Shown one piece after another: positions 1 to 12,371 of a stretch of 64,000 nt of DNA. A program made the translations under genes and the position numbers. Location of the stretch: NCBI GenBank assembly GCA_002269645.1, contig NIVC01001561.1, positions 204,370-268,369 on the forward strand. Direction: 5' to 3'. Position 1 is the first letter of the stretch, and every line of letters starts with the position of its first letter. The stretch is from Macrostomum lignano (lineage: Eukaryota). The notes beneath the pieces were generated by a model. It was given only the letters and a program-made list of their open reading frames with translations, did no database searches and was not told where the DNA came from.

Positions 1-2379
1 AATACAGTAATAATATTATACATGTATTATATAGTAATATTAACTTCTAAGATGCCCTTATAAATTTAAGTAAAGACAACAGGCCTTAATTAATTAATCA
101 GCATTTTGAAGAAACTGACCTTATACAGATGGGCCCCAAGCTAAGAAATGAATGTAGAGCTTATTTCGTGTAAGGTATAAAAATCAATTTATTATAATAT
201 TAAATACTCCTAATAAATTGGTTAAATTAGTTATTTACCTTGAATTAATTTAATTTAATAATTAAATATATAAGTTTGTTTCACTTCTTACTGCATTTAA
301 ATAGAGTACCTCTCTACTATACTATAGAAGTATAGTAAAAGTACATGGTAAAAAAGTATAGTAAAAAATTTTCTTTGGTTTAATCCCAGCTTGCCTCAGT
401 TTTTTAGTCTTAATACGAGCTAGATAGTAAGTGTTGATTAATTTGCTCCATCACCTTTTGCCACGGAAACAGCACATGTCGGACATGCAACACTCTTCCT
501 GATCCCTGGATCCAAGATGACTGCTTCTGCTTCTTCAATGCTTGAAAACTGAGCTCATGGAGCTTTAGGTTATGCTGTCAGAGTGCTGCTGCCGGTGCTG
601 TGTGTGTATGTGTGTGTCTTCTGCGGGTAGGTTCCCTGTCCCTCAGTTTAGCCACTGTTGTGGGCTAACTGGAGGAATTGCCGTTGTCGGTGCTGCAGGT
701 GGCACTGCATGGTAGTATTGACGCTGTCAGTGACGCTGGCAAAGGCTTGGACGAAGCTAGGTGCCGTCATTGTCAGGAGGACATGCGTGTGCTGCTTAGA
801 CCAGTGCGCACATTCGACTGGACTCGTATCTGGTGCAGTCTGGTGTATTCACTGAGATTGTGTGGATCTGCCTCCTCGCATCACCTCAACCAGGCTCAAT
901 TTCTTTTGTAGAATTTTCGTGCGCTGCTTAACTGCATCTTGTGCCTGCTGAGTGATGCCAAGAATTGTGCCACACAATAATTTGGCCCATAAACTACTCG
1001 TATATTATACATATGTATGCACAGCACACACACACGCAGTTCATTCATATTAAATGTACTAGTTTATTGAATTCTCATCTCATGAGCTCTAGTCTATGGA
1101 CAAACCTGAAATTACTAGAATATCTAGATAGATCTAAACTTATTTGAGCAGCGCGCTGCGCTGCGAGCAAATACATGTAGATTCCTTAGCGCAACTAATT
1201 AATAGTGTAGTACAGTCTACAGCCTGAAGTAGCCTGTGTAAGATGCGGAGGGATGATTTTTGCATAGGAAGCCACTACGGTAAGGTTGATGGAACTATGG
1301 GGAGGTGAGAGATTCAAAGCGAGGGACGGAAGCCATGCATAGTTCGATCATAAGTTTGATTACTGCATGAGTCTGGGGATGCATTAACGAGAGGCGGACG
1401 AGAGCATAGAAATAAAGCGGGCTAAATATATTAATACACAAAATTACATGTACTAGCTTGTAATTTCAGAATGGTCAGCGACTCCTCCGATTTGTATCCG
1501 CGACCGCGTGCCCACAAATCCCCTGGCAGACCCTGTCGCAGTTGGTGGTTGTGCACAGAATAAATGTTAATTTTCGAGCTTCTCTGCAAAAAATGCGTGA
1601 TGCACTCAAGATGCGTGCTAAAGTCTACTTCTTTGATTGATGGCTGGGTTTTGCCTTTTCGCTTGTGATCATCAAAAGCTTGGGCGTCATTGCTACTGGT
1701 GTTTCAGTGTGCGCATTATGTCTGGTTATCATATTATGTGCATGTGCAGTGTCTTTTACCTACATTTTTGTTTGTCTCTGTTTCCTGCATGCTCTTTCGC
1801 ATTTTTACACCTCGCACATCCTCATTTTTCTCAATTAACAAGTGAAATCTTTTCTTAAAGACTAATTGCTATTTCAGTTAAGCTAGTAGGTTTTTGGTAA
1901 TTAAATAATTCAATTTTGTCTATTTTCCAAAAAGTTTCAAAAAATGAATTAATAAAAATAAATTTGAATTATTTTAAGTTAATTGGAGTAAAATGTCTAA
2001 TAAGTAACCATAATTTTTTATTTTAAGTACATGTAGCTTTGGTATAAGTATTAATGTAATGAGTACTTAAAGTAAAATCAAGCAAGTTATAGTTTTCAGA
2101 AATTATGCTACAAATAATCAAATATATACTAGTATCCGAATTCCTTTATTAAGGAACATGCAGTCGATATTAAATCCACAATTTGCTTTTTGGTTTTCAA
2201 GGATAGTTCCCTGACTTTTTCTATTATTAGTTAGATTTTATTATATTTAATGTAAAAATGAACAATTCTATTCAAGGTAAAAATGAACATTCTTTATTTG
2301 TCGAATCATCTTGCCTTTGAAAAGATACATAGTGAAAACTTGATTTTTAATTCAACCTTTCAAGACTTATTTAGACTTC

Positions 2380-2700
2380 TTAATTCAGTGATTAGTTAAA
2401 CTGATCGAAGTTCTTTCGAGTGCATGCTATAATAATTTCGCACTTTTTCGCACACGATAATTTTAAATGTCTGGGATTTAGAGCAGAGTAACAAAATGCT
2501 GTGCTCAAAAACATTTCCTTTGTCAATTTCTTGTTCTTTTATTTTTGCAAAAGAAATTTAACTGCATATTTAAAATAAAAATGGAAGAACATTTTATTTT
2601 CTGTTTAATATTTTTGTCGTTTATTTTCCGCAACAAAGAATAACAAATAGCCTTGATTTCTTCTCAATTTCAAGTTTTCTTGTGGTTTTAGTAGCAGGGT
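2380..2700 (+). repeat. Old diverged direct repeat, copy 1 (copy 2 at about 4965-5285)
   Basis: Four colinear anchors (ttcagtg, cgataattttaaat, tttattttccg, ttcttgtggtttta) at a constant offset of 2584-2585 bp. Confidence 0.75.
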
Positions 2701-5700
2701 CGTTCTTAAAGTTTAGTCGTAAGCAGTGAAACAAATATTTTTGAAAATCAGCCTGAAATATTAAATCTTTTCTTATTGTAGCTCTAAAAGGACTTAAAAT
2801 ATAAATGCCTCTCATGGGTCTTAATCTTTTTTAACATTGAACTTTTGATGTTAATCTCAACAGAGTGCGCTATTTCATTTTTCGATATATATTTTTATTA
2901 TCGCACGAGCTATAATACCCACTTTAGAGAAGCTACATTCTGTTCACGTGGTCTTATTAAAGAAGAAAATTGATAAATGTTATTTATATCTTTGGTTAGC
3001 ACAACCTAGAACCCATTTAACTCTTTCGATTGCAAAGCAGATGTTGTTATTTCGATTTTCGCTAGAAACGTAACATTATTAATGATTAAAAAATCCACTT
3101 TTAATTAATTTGTTCTGTTGATGGAATCAGCTAATAGCTGCGTTTTCTGATGTTTTTTAAGAAAGATAGTCATATCTAACACTAAAGTATCAATTAAGGC
3201 AGTTTCATTCAATATTAAAAAAGAAAAGTTAATAAAATTCAATTTTAAGTTTTTTTCAATAGCACAAAATTAACCTAACAAAGAGAGATTTAGCTGACTA
3301 CAACAAAGCAAGTAGCACCAAAGTTATTTTAATTCAAAGTCCTCATCTGTGGGATGAGAAAAAGTACCACTTTTTTGTCTCTAGTTATGAAAAAAAATTT
3401 TCTCAGCACATTGTTAGGTTTTTTGGATGTTTTTTATGTATTTAGATGAATTTTTGCTATTGATCACCCAATACGAGCGTATGTTAGTCAGAACAAACAG
3501 AATTTGATTTATGTAGATAAAATTGACTATTTTTCTCTTAAAAACAGTCGTTTTTTGTTGTTTTCACTCAAAAAATTTTTTAACTGATTTAAAATTTGTA
3601 TTGTAAGTTACAAGTAAACATAATGAGTCAAAACAAGAGGTAGTAGAAACTGAAAAGAAAATAAGAGTAACGAATAATAAAAAAGTTGCATGATTTGATC
3701 AGTCAAGAAATAGTATTAAAACAATTTTGCATCTGATTTATTATCAATGAAATTATCTGTCTGAAGCACAAAAAATTAATTTCTTTGAAACATTAAATTC
3801 ATTCTCATATGTGCTGCACTTCATTAAAGATATACATGTAGCAACTTAAACATTCAGTTGATACTTTGCACCTTTGGATGCATATAGCTACTAACAAAAA
3901 AAAGATAAAAGAAAAAACTTAATTGCCATTGATGCTGACAATGTAATATTAAATATGGTACAGAAAGATGGAATCTCTACAGAGTGCTGCCACACGAATT
4001 TGTGAAGTGTTTAACAGATTAGTCATGGCAGTCCCATAACAGACATACTATATTTTATATTTACTCTTCGATTGACAATTACGCTTTAGATATGTTTTAG
4101 ATGATGATTTTCCATTGGGACTGACTCTATATATACCGAGGCCGGACACAGTTAAGTGCGGCTGACAGCACTGAAGCGGCGATAAACAGAGAATGCGATG
4201 AGCTGTGGCCTGTGGAGACAGCCATCTGATGTACGAGCATCAGTAGAAGGGAAAGAAATCCAATAGTGTCTTGCTATTGGTTTGTTACATGTACAGCGAA
4301 CATCTACTTTTATTCTAATGTGATCGATTTAATTCTACTGACCCAATTGGCTAAAGCACTGTAAACTGCACACATCTCGGACGGATATGTAATGCCATTT
4401 GCTGCACTTTTACCTGTTTCTCTGCCAGAACACCAGCATCATTGTATGTGCCACAATGCTAAGATGTGCAGCGGTCCTTTGGATGTGGTTAGTTCTGCAG
4501 GCATCGACGTAATTTATCAAATGAGACGAATTGTATACCGAGCATGACAGCTAGTGCAGGGCCAGAATTGATTACAGAGGTTCGCCAGAGCAATTGCAGT
4601 GATCCATGTGGCTGCCAAGTCAGACGTCTGTAATAGGCCAACTCACCAAGACCAAAGTATTTAATTTAAATTTATGGCTCTGTTCTTTTAGTAGTTATGC
4701 AGCCTAATTACATAAGAAAATAGTATTGTAAAATAGTAAAATAGTATTAAAGCTATGTTGCAGAATATAAATGCTTGCTGAATTCTTTTTCAAAAAAACG
4801 CAAGTCTGTTCGAAAAAAAGATACATGTATTTTAGGTTTTAAAAGAAATGGCTTCCTAGCTCATTTACTATATATTTCTAATTCAAAGAACTTTTAATGC
4901 TTTAAAAGACATATTTTGCAAGCCTAATTTTTAGCTAAACCAGTTTTGTAGATTTTAAGCTTCATATTTCAGTGTTAAGTACAATAATTAAGTTCTTGAG
5001 TGGTACAATATCAATTATTTCGGGTGTTTCTTGTTACGCGATAATTTTAAATACAAGCAATTTAGACGAAAAAAACAAAATGCTGATTTAAAAATAATAT
5101 TTTCTATTGAAATAATACTTATTAAATAGTAAACATAAAATAAAAATGTTTCTTATTTATAAAAAATAAAAGAAAACTTGCATTATTTCACAATTTTTGG
5201 TCGTTTTATTTTCCGTTGCGAAAAATAACAAATTGCTAGATTTCGTCTTAAATATTTGGTTTCTTGTGGTTTTAACGGCAGTTTCTTAATTAAATTGACG
5301 AAAGAATCGTTTTTGCAAAATAATTACTTTATTCAAAAACTTTTTTTTCTGTACCAAAACATCATGACCTTAATTTGAGAACTACCCAGCAGCTTCTTAC
5401 AGAAATTGTCGAAAGAATTTTTTTTGTACGATTATTGGTCGATGTATAAACTTTTTTTGCAATAACAAAAAGTTGTGACCTAGCTTTGAGAACGACCCAT
5501 ATAATTGAGATGAAATCTTTTCAATCAGATTTTACAATTAAAAAAAATCTTGAACAAGGTAAAGATAAACAAAAATGCATTAAAAAACTAGCTGATACTA
5601 ACATTTTTTCTTGTTTTAGTTAACTCTTATGTGTTTTTCATGTTCACAATGGGCTATATAGGCACTCTTGGCGTAAAACAATATATGGATGATTTATGAT

Positions 5701-6786
5701 TTTCCGGTGTTATGAGTAACAGTCGCTAACCAAAATGAAAATATTCGAATATCTACTACCTATGCTAGCGTACAGCCTTCCAGCCTTCCAGGTATATATG
5801 CAATCAAATCCAAGTTCGTCTATGGATTATAAATTTTTAGTACATGGATACGTCCCTATCAGTTGATACAATCACTAGCTACCTAGCCTTATCATTATGA
5901 TAGTGGCTAATTCAGAGCTTTAGTAGTAGGCTTTTAGGCTTCGTAAGGTCTAGGCCTACTTGATTTTTTAATAACTGTGTAATTACGAAGAAGGCATCTA
6001 GGCAGCAGCTACGCTTATCGCTATACTACACTACATGTAGATTAGCTAGCCTAATTAAAAAATAGGTCTAGGGATAGGTCCAGCCAGCCTATAGCCAGGC
6101 CCTATTTATATAGTTCTAGTCATTAGGCCCCCCTAAGGTCGCCTAAGGCCCCCTAAGTTCTTGCAATCTTGGTTCTAATGTAAGATGCTGCCAATCGTCT
6201 TAAATCTATTAGTATTATCTATAGGCCTATTTCTATTTTTTGAGTTGTCTAGACAAAATCAATAAATAACATTGATATTCTATAATAGTAGGCCTATTCT
6301 AGCAAATTGTACTTGTACAACTAGGCTAGGTAGGCCTATAGATAGGGACTTCAGTGAGGTTTTTAAAACTAAAGATTAGGCCATTTTTTGTACTTCATCA
6401 TATAGATCCATGCTTTATGAATATGAGCATGGACCATGGTGACATTTCATTTATAAAAATTGGTTGGGTATTAAAAAAGTTATGGTACATTTTGTGCTAT
6501 ATTTTTTGTACTAGCTCATAATGTATTTTTTCCATAGATAGATGTTATCAATTCATAGTTAGGCCCTAGCAAAAATCAGTTTGCTATGCTTACATATTGT
6601 CTTTTTTGCCTTACTATTTAGCCTATATAAATGTTGATAGGCTTACTGTCCTAGTTTCCCATATTAAACTATTTTGACATGAAAATTTTCAACAATTGAA
6701 CCATTTGAAGCAATTTTATTAAACTCTATATAAAGCATTAGGCCTACTTAAGATATATATATATATCTGCTAAAAAGTTGGGTATT

Positions 6787-7445
6787 ATGTTGGGTATTAT
6801 GATTAAAAATTGATGAATCGCAGCTTGACAAAGATTATATTGATAGATTGACGTTGAAAAGAAAGGATTTTGATGGAATTCAGTTTCATGAAAAGAATTT
6901 GATAAAGTTCTATTTCACAGACGATTTCAATGACTTTCAGTTTCCCAAAGAAAATTTTGATAGATTTCTGTTTCATTGAAAAGATTTCGATGGTTTTCAA
7001 TTTCACAGAAAGGACTTCATTGGTTGTCAGCTTCACGGAGAGGCTTTTGATTATGTTGTGTTGTGTTCTATTATTCAATGAAAAGTTTTTTGGTAGAGTT
7101 TTGTTCAACAAAAAGGACTTAAAAGTATTTTCTGTTTTATAGAATGGATTTTGATGGATTTTGCGCCTTCACTCAGTCAGAGAAGCAATTAGAGATGAGA
7201 GAGAAGAGGGGAGTAAGGTAGGAATGAAAAGGAGAAAGAAGAGAAGAGGAGAGAGGAAATGAGAGAAGAGATATGAGATAGCAGAGAGAGACAAAAGAGA
7301 TGAGAAGAGAGAAGAAAGAGGGATAAAAGTGTACAGAGGAAATAGAAGAGAGGAGAGAGTAGAAACAAAAGGCAGGGGAGAAGAAATAAATAGAGGAGTA
7401 AAGATGACAGGGTAGAGAGGAGAGAGAAGCAAGAGGAGAGACAAG
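6787..7445 (+). repeat. Near-identical 659-bp direct duplication, copy 1
   Basis: Matches 8880-9538 at offset 2093 with only a few substitutions. Confidence 0.95.
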
Positions 7446-8763
7446 CCTAAAAGCCATATATATATACAAGTCTTTGAACTGTGTAGGCCTATGTCTTATA
7501 AATGGTTCCAGCTAAAGTTGTCATATATTTGAGATTGTCATCTGCAGCTTACAAGAAAAACAACTAAATTAAGCTTATCTAAATTGTCATTATCTCAATA
7601 TTATATTGGACAATGCTGCATTCACTAAATTGTCATATTGTGTTGCATTGGCTGCGCAAGGATCTTAGCTCATGGTGGCTGCATGTTTTTGTTTGCCAAC
7701 AAATTAAAATGATTTATAACTTAAGGCTTAGGCCTATTCAAACTACTATCAAATGACCTATCAAAATCATATAGTCAAATACAAAGGAATCAAATTAAAC
7801 AAGCCTTTATAGGCCAGGGCAATAATCTCAATCATGTATGTACATTGTGTACCTTGTACAATGTAACAGTATAGGCCCCTACATTTAGTTCTATGATCTC
7901 ACAATAGTGTACATATGTTTATATTGCAATAATGAGAATCCTAATACTAAAACTGACATGTTGTTTGTGTATTGCAAGTGAACTCCTACAATACTGCCAA
8001 GTCAGCATCAAAACTTATATGGGAAGACTGCAACTTTTCCAGATTAGGCTTTAGGCTATTTTAATTTTTAATTTTCACATATTAATATTACTAAAAAATA
8101 GAAAACAGCTTTTAACCTTTTGGCCCTTCTGCCTTACCAGTAAGATAGTTGGTGGTCAGTTTGTAAAAAACCTCCCCAACCTTTGCCCGCGGGTTGCTGT
8201 ATATTGGGGGGGGTGTGCATGTTCTGCGTTCAATGCAAATAAAAACCCCGCGTGTTGGGGGTGCAATTAAATTTAATGATTCCCCTAGTAAAAGGGGTTG
8301 GGCTTGGGCTGAGTATATATAGCAATGTACAGTATAAACAGATAGGACTGTGTTGATATTCAATTGGTTTTATTTTTGGTCCTATGTTATTAGCTAGGCA
8401 GTGAAATTCAATGAACAAACTTGGGAAGTTGCAAGCCTCTCAGGCAAGCAGTCAGGAAATTGGGAAGTTTAAAATGCTAACTGTTCCTTGAGTTTTAAAC
8501 TTTGAGAGAAGAGACTTATATTGCTAGAAAGAGCTTGCAACGCTGAGTTCGGGGATATAAGTTTCTTGCTTTAAACATGAAAACAAAAAGCATAGCATTC
8601 AAGAAAAAATCATTCTTTTAACTTTCTGAGACGTGTTCTGGTATACAATTCAATTAAAACACCCAGTGTTGGGAGTGGCGGCAATAGGGCTCGGTGTACA
8701 CAGTGAATGCCCAATAAAGGCTACAGATAGCAATGAAATGAAAGAACAATGAAATTATGGTAG

Positions 8764-8793
8764 CCCTAACCCTAACCCTAACTCCTACCCTAA
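8764..8793 (+). repeat. Short interstitial telomere-type (CCCTAA)n
   Basis: Three perfect CCCTAA, then ctccta, then CCCTAA. Confidence 0.8.
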
Positions 8794-8879
8794 CCACTGA
8801 TGCCTTTAACTTGAATAAGTATGGAAAGCATCTTTTGGATCTCTATTTAGCAGTTGTGATAGACTGCAATTACATGGAG

Positions 8880-9538
8880 ATGTTGGGTATTATGATTAAA
8901 AATTGATGAATCGCAGCTTGACAAAGATTATATTGATAGATTGACGTTGAAAAGAAAGGATTTTGATGGAATTCAGTTTCATGAAAAGAATTTGATGAAG
9001 TTCTATTTCACAGACGATTTCAATGACTTTCAGTTTCCCAAAGAAAATTTTGATAGATTTCTGTTTCATTGAAAAGATTTCGATGGTTTTCAATTTCACA
9101 GAAAGGACTTCATTGGTTGTCAGCTTCACGGAGAGGCTTTTGATTATGTTGTGTTGTGTTCTATTATTCAATGAAAAGTTTTTTGGTAGAGTTTTGTTCA
9201 ACAAAAAGGACTTAAAAGTATTTTCTGTTTTATAGAATGGATTTTGATGGATTTTGCGCCTTCACTCAGTCAGAGAAGCAATTAGAGATGAGAGAGAAGA
9301 GGGGAGTAAGGTAGGAATGAAAAGGAGAAAGAAGAGAAGAGGAGAGAGGAAATGAGAGAAGAGATATGAGATAGCAGAGAGAGACAAAAGAGATGAGAAG
9401 AGAGAAGAAAGAGGGATAAGAGTGTACAGAGGAAATAGAAGAGAGGAGAGAGTAGAAACAAAAGGCAGGGGAGAAGAAATAAATAGAGGAGTAAAGATGA
9501 CAGGGTAGAGAGGAGAGAGAAGCAAGAGGAGAGACAAG
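8880..9538 (+). repeat. Near-identical 659-bp direct duplication, copy 2
   Basis: See copy 1; duplicated ORFs 6803/8896 and 6930/9023. Confidence 0.95.
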
Positions 9539-10160
9539 AGAGGAATAGATAAAATATTAGAGATAAGATAGATAAGAGAAGAAAGTAGTGAAGAGAAAGA
9601 AGAGGCTAAAGATAAGAGTGCAGAGAGGAGAGATGAGAGATGCGATGAAAAAGAAGATGAGTGAGAAAATAAGAGAGATAAAAAATTAGAGATTAGAGAC
9701 AAAAAGGGAGAAGATAAGAGAAGAAAGGAGAGGAGGGAAGAGAGAATGGAGAGGAGAGAAAAGAAAGAAGAGGGAGACAGGAGATGATACAAAAGGAGAG
9801 AAGAAAGATATGAGATAAGAAAGGAGAGGGTGAGAGCATATAGGTGATATGAGAAATAAGAGCAGAGAAAAGAGAGAAAAAGAAGAGATAGAGGGTAGAG
9901 GAAAGATGATAGATAAAAGAGTAAAGAGATAAGAGAGTAGATGAGAGATAAGAGAGGAGAGAAGAGGGGAGAGAGGAGACAAGAGAAAGTAGACACAAAA
10001 GACGAAAGAGAAGAGATAAATAAGGGAGTAGAGAGGAGAGAGAAGTAAGAGAAGGGAGAAATGAGAGAGTAGAGTGATGAAAGATCAGAGATAAGAGAGA
10101 TGAAAGAGTGGAGAGGAGAAATTAGTGAGAAGAAATTAGTGAAGAGAAAGAAAATGATAA
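9262..10160. repeat. GA-rich low-complexity polypurine tract
   Basis: Almost purely A/G on the + strand. Confidence 0.9.
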
Positions 10161-11289
10161 AAATGAGAGTGCAGATGCAGGTATTTGAAAGGCTTTACAG
10201 AGGATTTGGACGATGGGATTCAAATCATAGAATTTCAGCTGATAGATTCCAGGGAATGGAATTCCATTGATAGGAGTTCTTCCCCTTTCTCCTCCAAAGG
10301 AGGAGTTCCACTCGTAGAGATATATGTATATGCATGTGCTTACACTTAATTTTGAGCACTCCTGCAACGCTTTTACTGCAGCTTAACTTTATAAACAAGG
10401 GCAAACTCTACTAGAGAGTGGATGAATACACCCTTGCTTTTGGTCTAAGTTGTCATATTTAAATGTTTAAGTCTTCCAGATTTGTTCAAGTTTTCATCAT
10501 CATATGACAATTTTGAATATGACAATTTTGGCTGCACCTTTATAAACAGCATTATATAGTATAGTAATAGGTCACATAGTGTAAGAAGCCAGAGGAACTT
10601 GCCAGGGTAAAAATTAAAAAAAGGTCATCACCAATGCAATTTGTAAACTTTATTAATAAACTTAAACTTTAACTATAATAATACTAATAGGCCTACTTTT
10701 ATTGAGGCCTACTAAAGGCTAAAAGCTATATTTTTACTTTGATCATTTGATTAGAAATTTTCTTATAACTATAAAAAAGTGTTATAGCTGGACCTAAAAA
10801 TTGTCTAATGCTAAAAGGATTAAATATTAAAAAAACATGCTTTTTTGCAAAGGTCAAATAGACCTTTTGACTTGAAATGTATTATAAGAGATAAAAATAT
10901 ATTATAAATATTTTTGGTTTTTATATTTTTAAAAATATATTATAAAAAACAAACTAGTCAAATTTTGATTCTGAAATAGGTACATCACACATCACTGGGC
11001 TTTTTATTTATTGTCTATATGCTAGCTGAATTTTGATATTAAATTGAATTGCCTCTGTTTTAAAAATGCAATATGGAAGCATAGCACAAAACTTTAGATT
11101 GCATAACCATATTACCAATTTTAATTAAGACTAGTACTGAATTGCATGAGAAATTGATTGTTATAACTGGTATAGTGGTATAGGTATTGAATCATAAGTG
11201 CTACAAATTCATGTTAAAAATCCAATAAGAGTTTACCTAGATGTAAACAGACTAAACTGCTAATGCAGCAACTTGGGATCAAATCTTGA

Positions 11290-11630
11290 TATTATAAAAT
11301 ATTTTTAAAAAAGCTTTTTTAAGGATTATTCCACTTGATATAAAGAGGATTATTGCATTAGTTAAGACAGATTATTGCACTTGTTGAGTAAGGGATTCTT
11401 GTACTAGATGATAAAATGATTATTGCATTTGATGAGTAAATGATTATTGCACTAGTTGAGACATTGAATAGTGCATTAGATTAGAAAAAATTATTGCTAA
11501 TCCTAATCCTGCAATAATCCTTTACGATTGAAAAGAAAAGGATTGTTGCACTAGATAAGAATAGGATTATTGTACTTAATGAGTAAAGGATTATTGCATT
11601 TGATGAGGAAATTATGAAGTATTGCACATT
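11290..11630. repeat. Degenerate about 24-bp minisatellite (ggattattgcact...)
   Basis: Recurrent gattattgca core upstream of cyclin C. Confidence 0.75.
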
Positions 11631-11817
11631 ACTTACAAAAATCAATTAGTTGCACTTGCACAATAAATATAAAAAAATTATCATTGTAAAGTAGTGGCCT
11701 ATTATAGTTCAGAGTGCCTTGTTTTGTGCTTGGCAAATATTGATTAAGGGCTATAGCATCTCTGAATTTACACTGTCATGTGTCATGCCAAAAAGCATTG
11801 CTTTTTAAAACCTATTA

Positions 11818-11838
11818 TTTTTAACCTTACTGCTGCAG
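11818..11838 (+). promoter_or_regulatory. 3' splice acceptor 5 nt upstream of the cyclin C ATG (5'UTR intron or trans-splice site)
   Basis: tttttaaccttactgctgcag|tgagcATG. Confidence 0.5.
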
Positions 11839-11843
11839 TGAGC

Positions 11844-12371
11844 ATGGCTGGCAATTTCTGGCAGAGCTCGCACTATCAGGAATGGCTGCTAGACAAACAG
11901 TATGTGGACTTGTACAGAGCGGAGGATCTGAAATTCCTAACGGAGGAAGAGTATCAAAAGCTGATGGTGTTCTTTGCTAATTTTATTCAGGCAATTGGCG
12001 AGAAACTTGTTGTCAGGCAGCAGGTCATTGCTACGGCTACTATTTATTCTAAGCGTTTCTATGCTCGCTACTCGCTACGCTGCGTTGATCCTTGGCTGCT
12101 GTGCCCCACTGCCTTGTTCTTGGCCTCCAAGGTTGAGGAGTTCGGCGTGCTGTCTAGCAAAGGCCTAATCGCAATGTGCCAGTCTATAGTAAAGTCCAAG
12201 CATCATCACTTGCTGCCCGATCAGGAGTTTCCCTACACTGTCACTAATATTCAGGAGTGCGAATTTCTCCTGCTGGAGGTGCTTGACTGCTCTCTAGTTG
12301 TGTATCATCCGTACAGATCTCTGGCACTGTTTATTGAGGATCTGCAGACTCAGGATTCCTCGTTTAGTCAG
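11844..12371 (+). CDS. CCNC: Cyclin C exon 1
   Basis: ATG at 11844 in ORF 11778..12389; donor CAG|gtgcaa. Confidence 0.92.

Noticed and set aside
440-560. ACPTCAVSVAKGDGAN on the minus strand, resembling an RBR RING2 start
   Set aside because: Ends in a stop without the remaining Cys/His ligands; no supporting exons.
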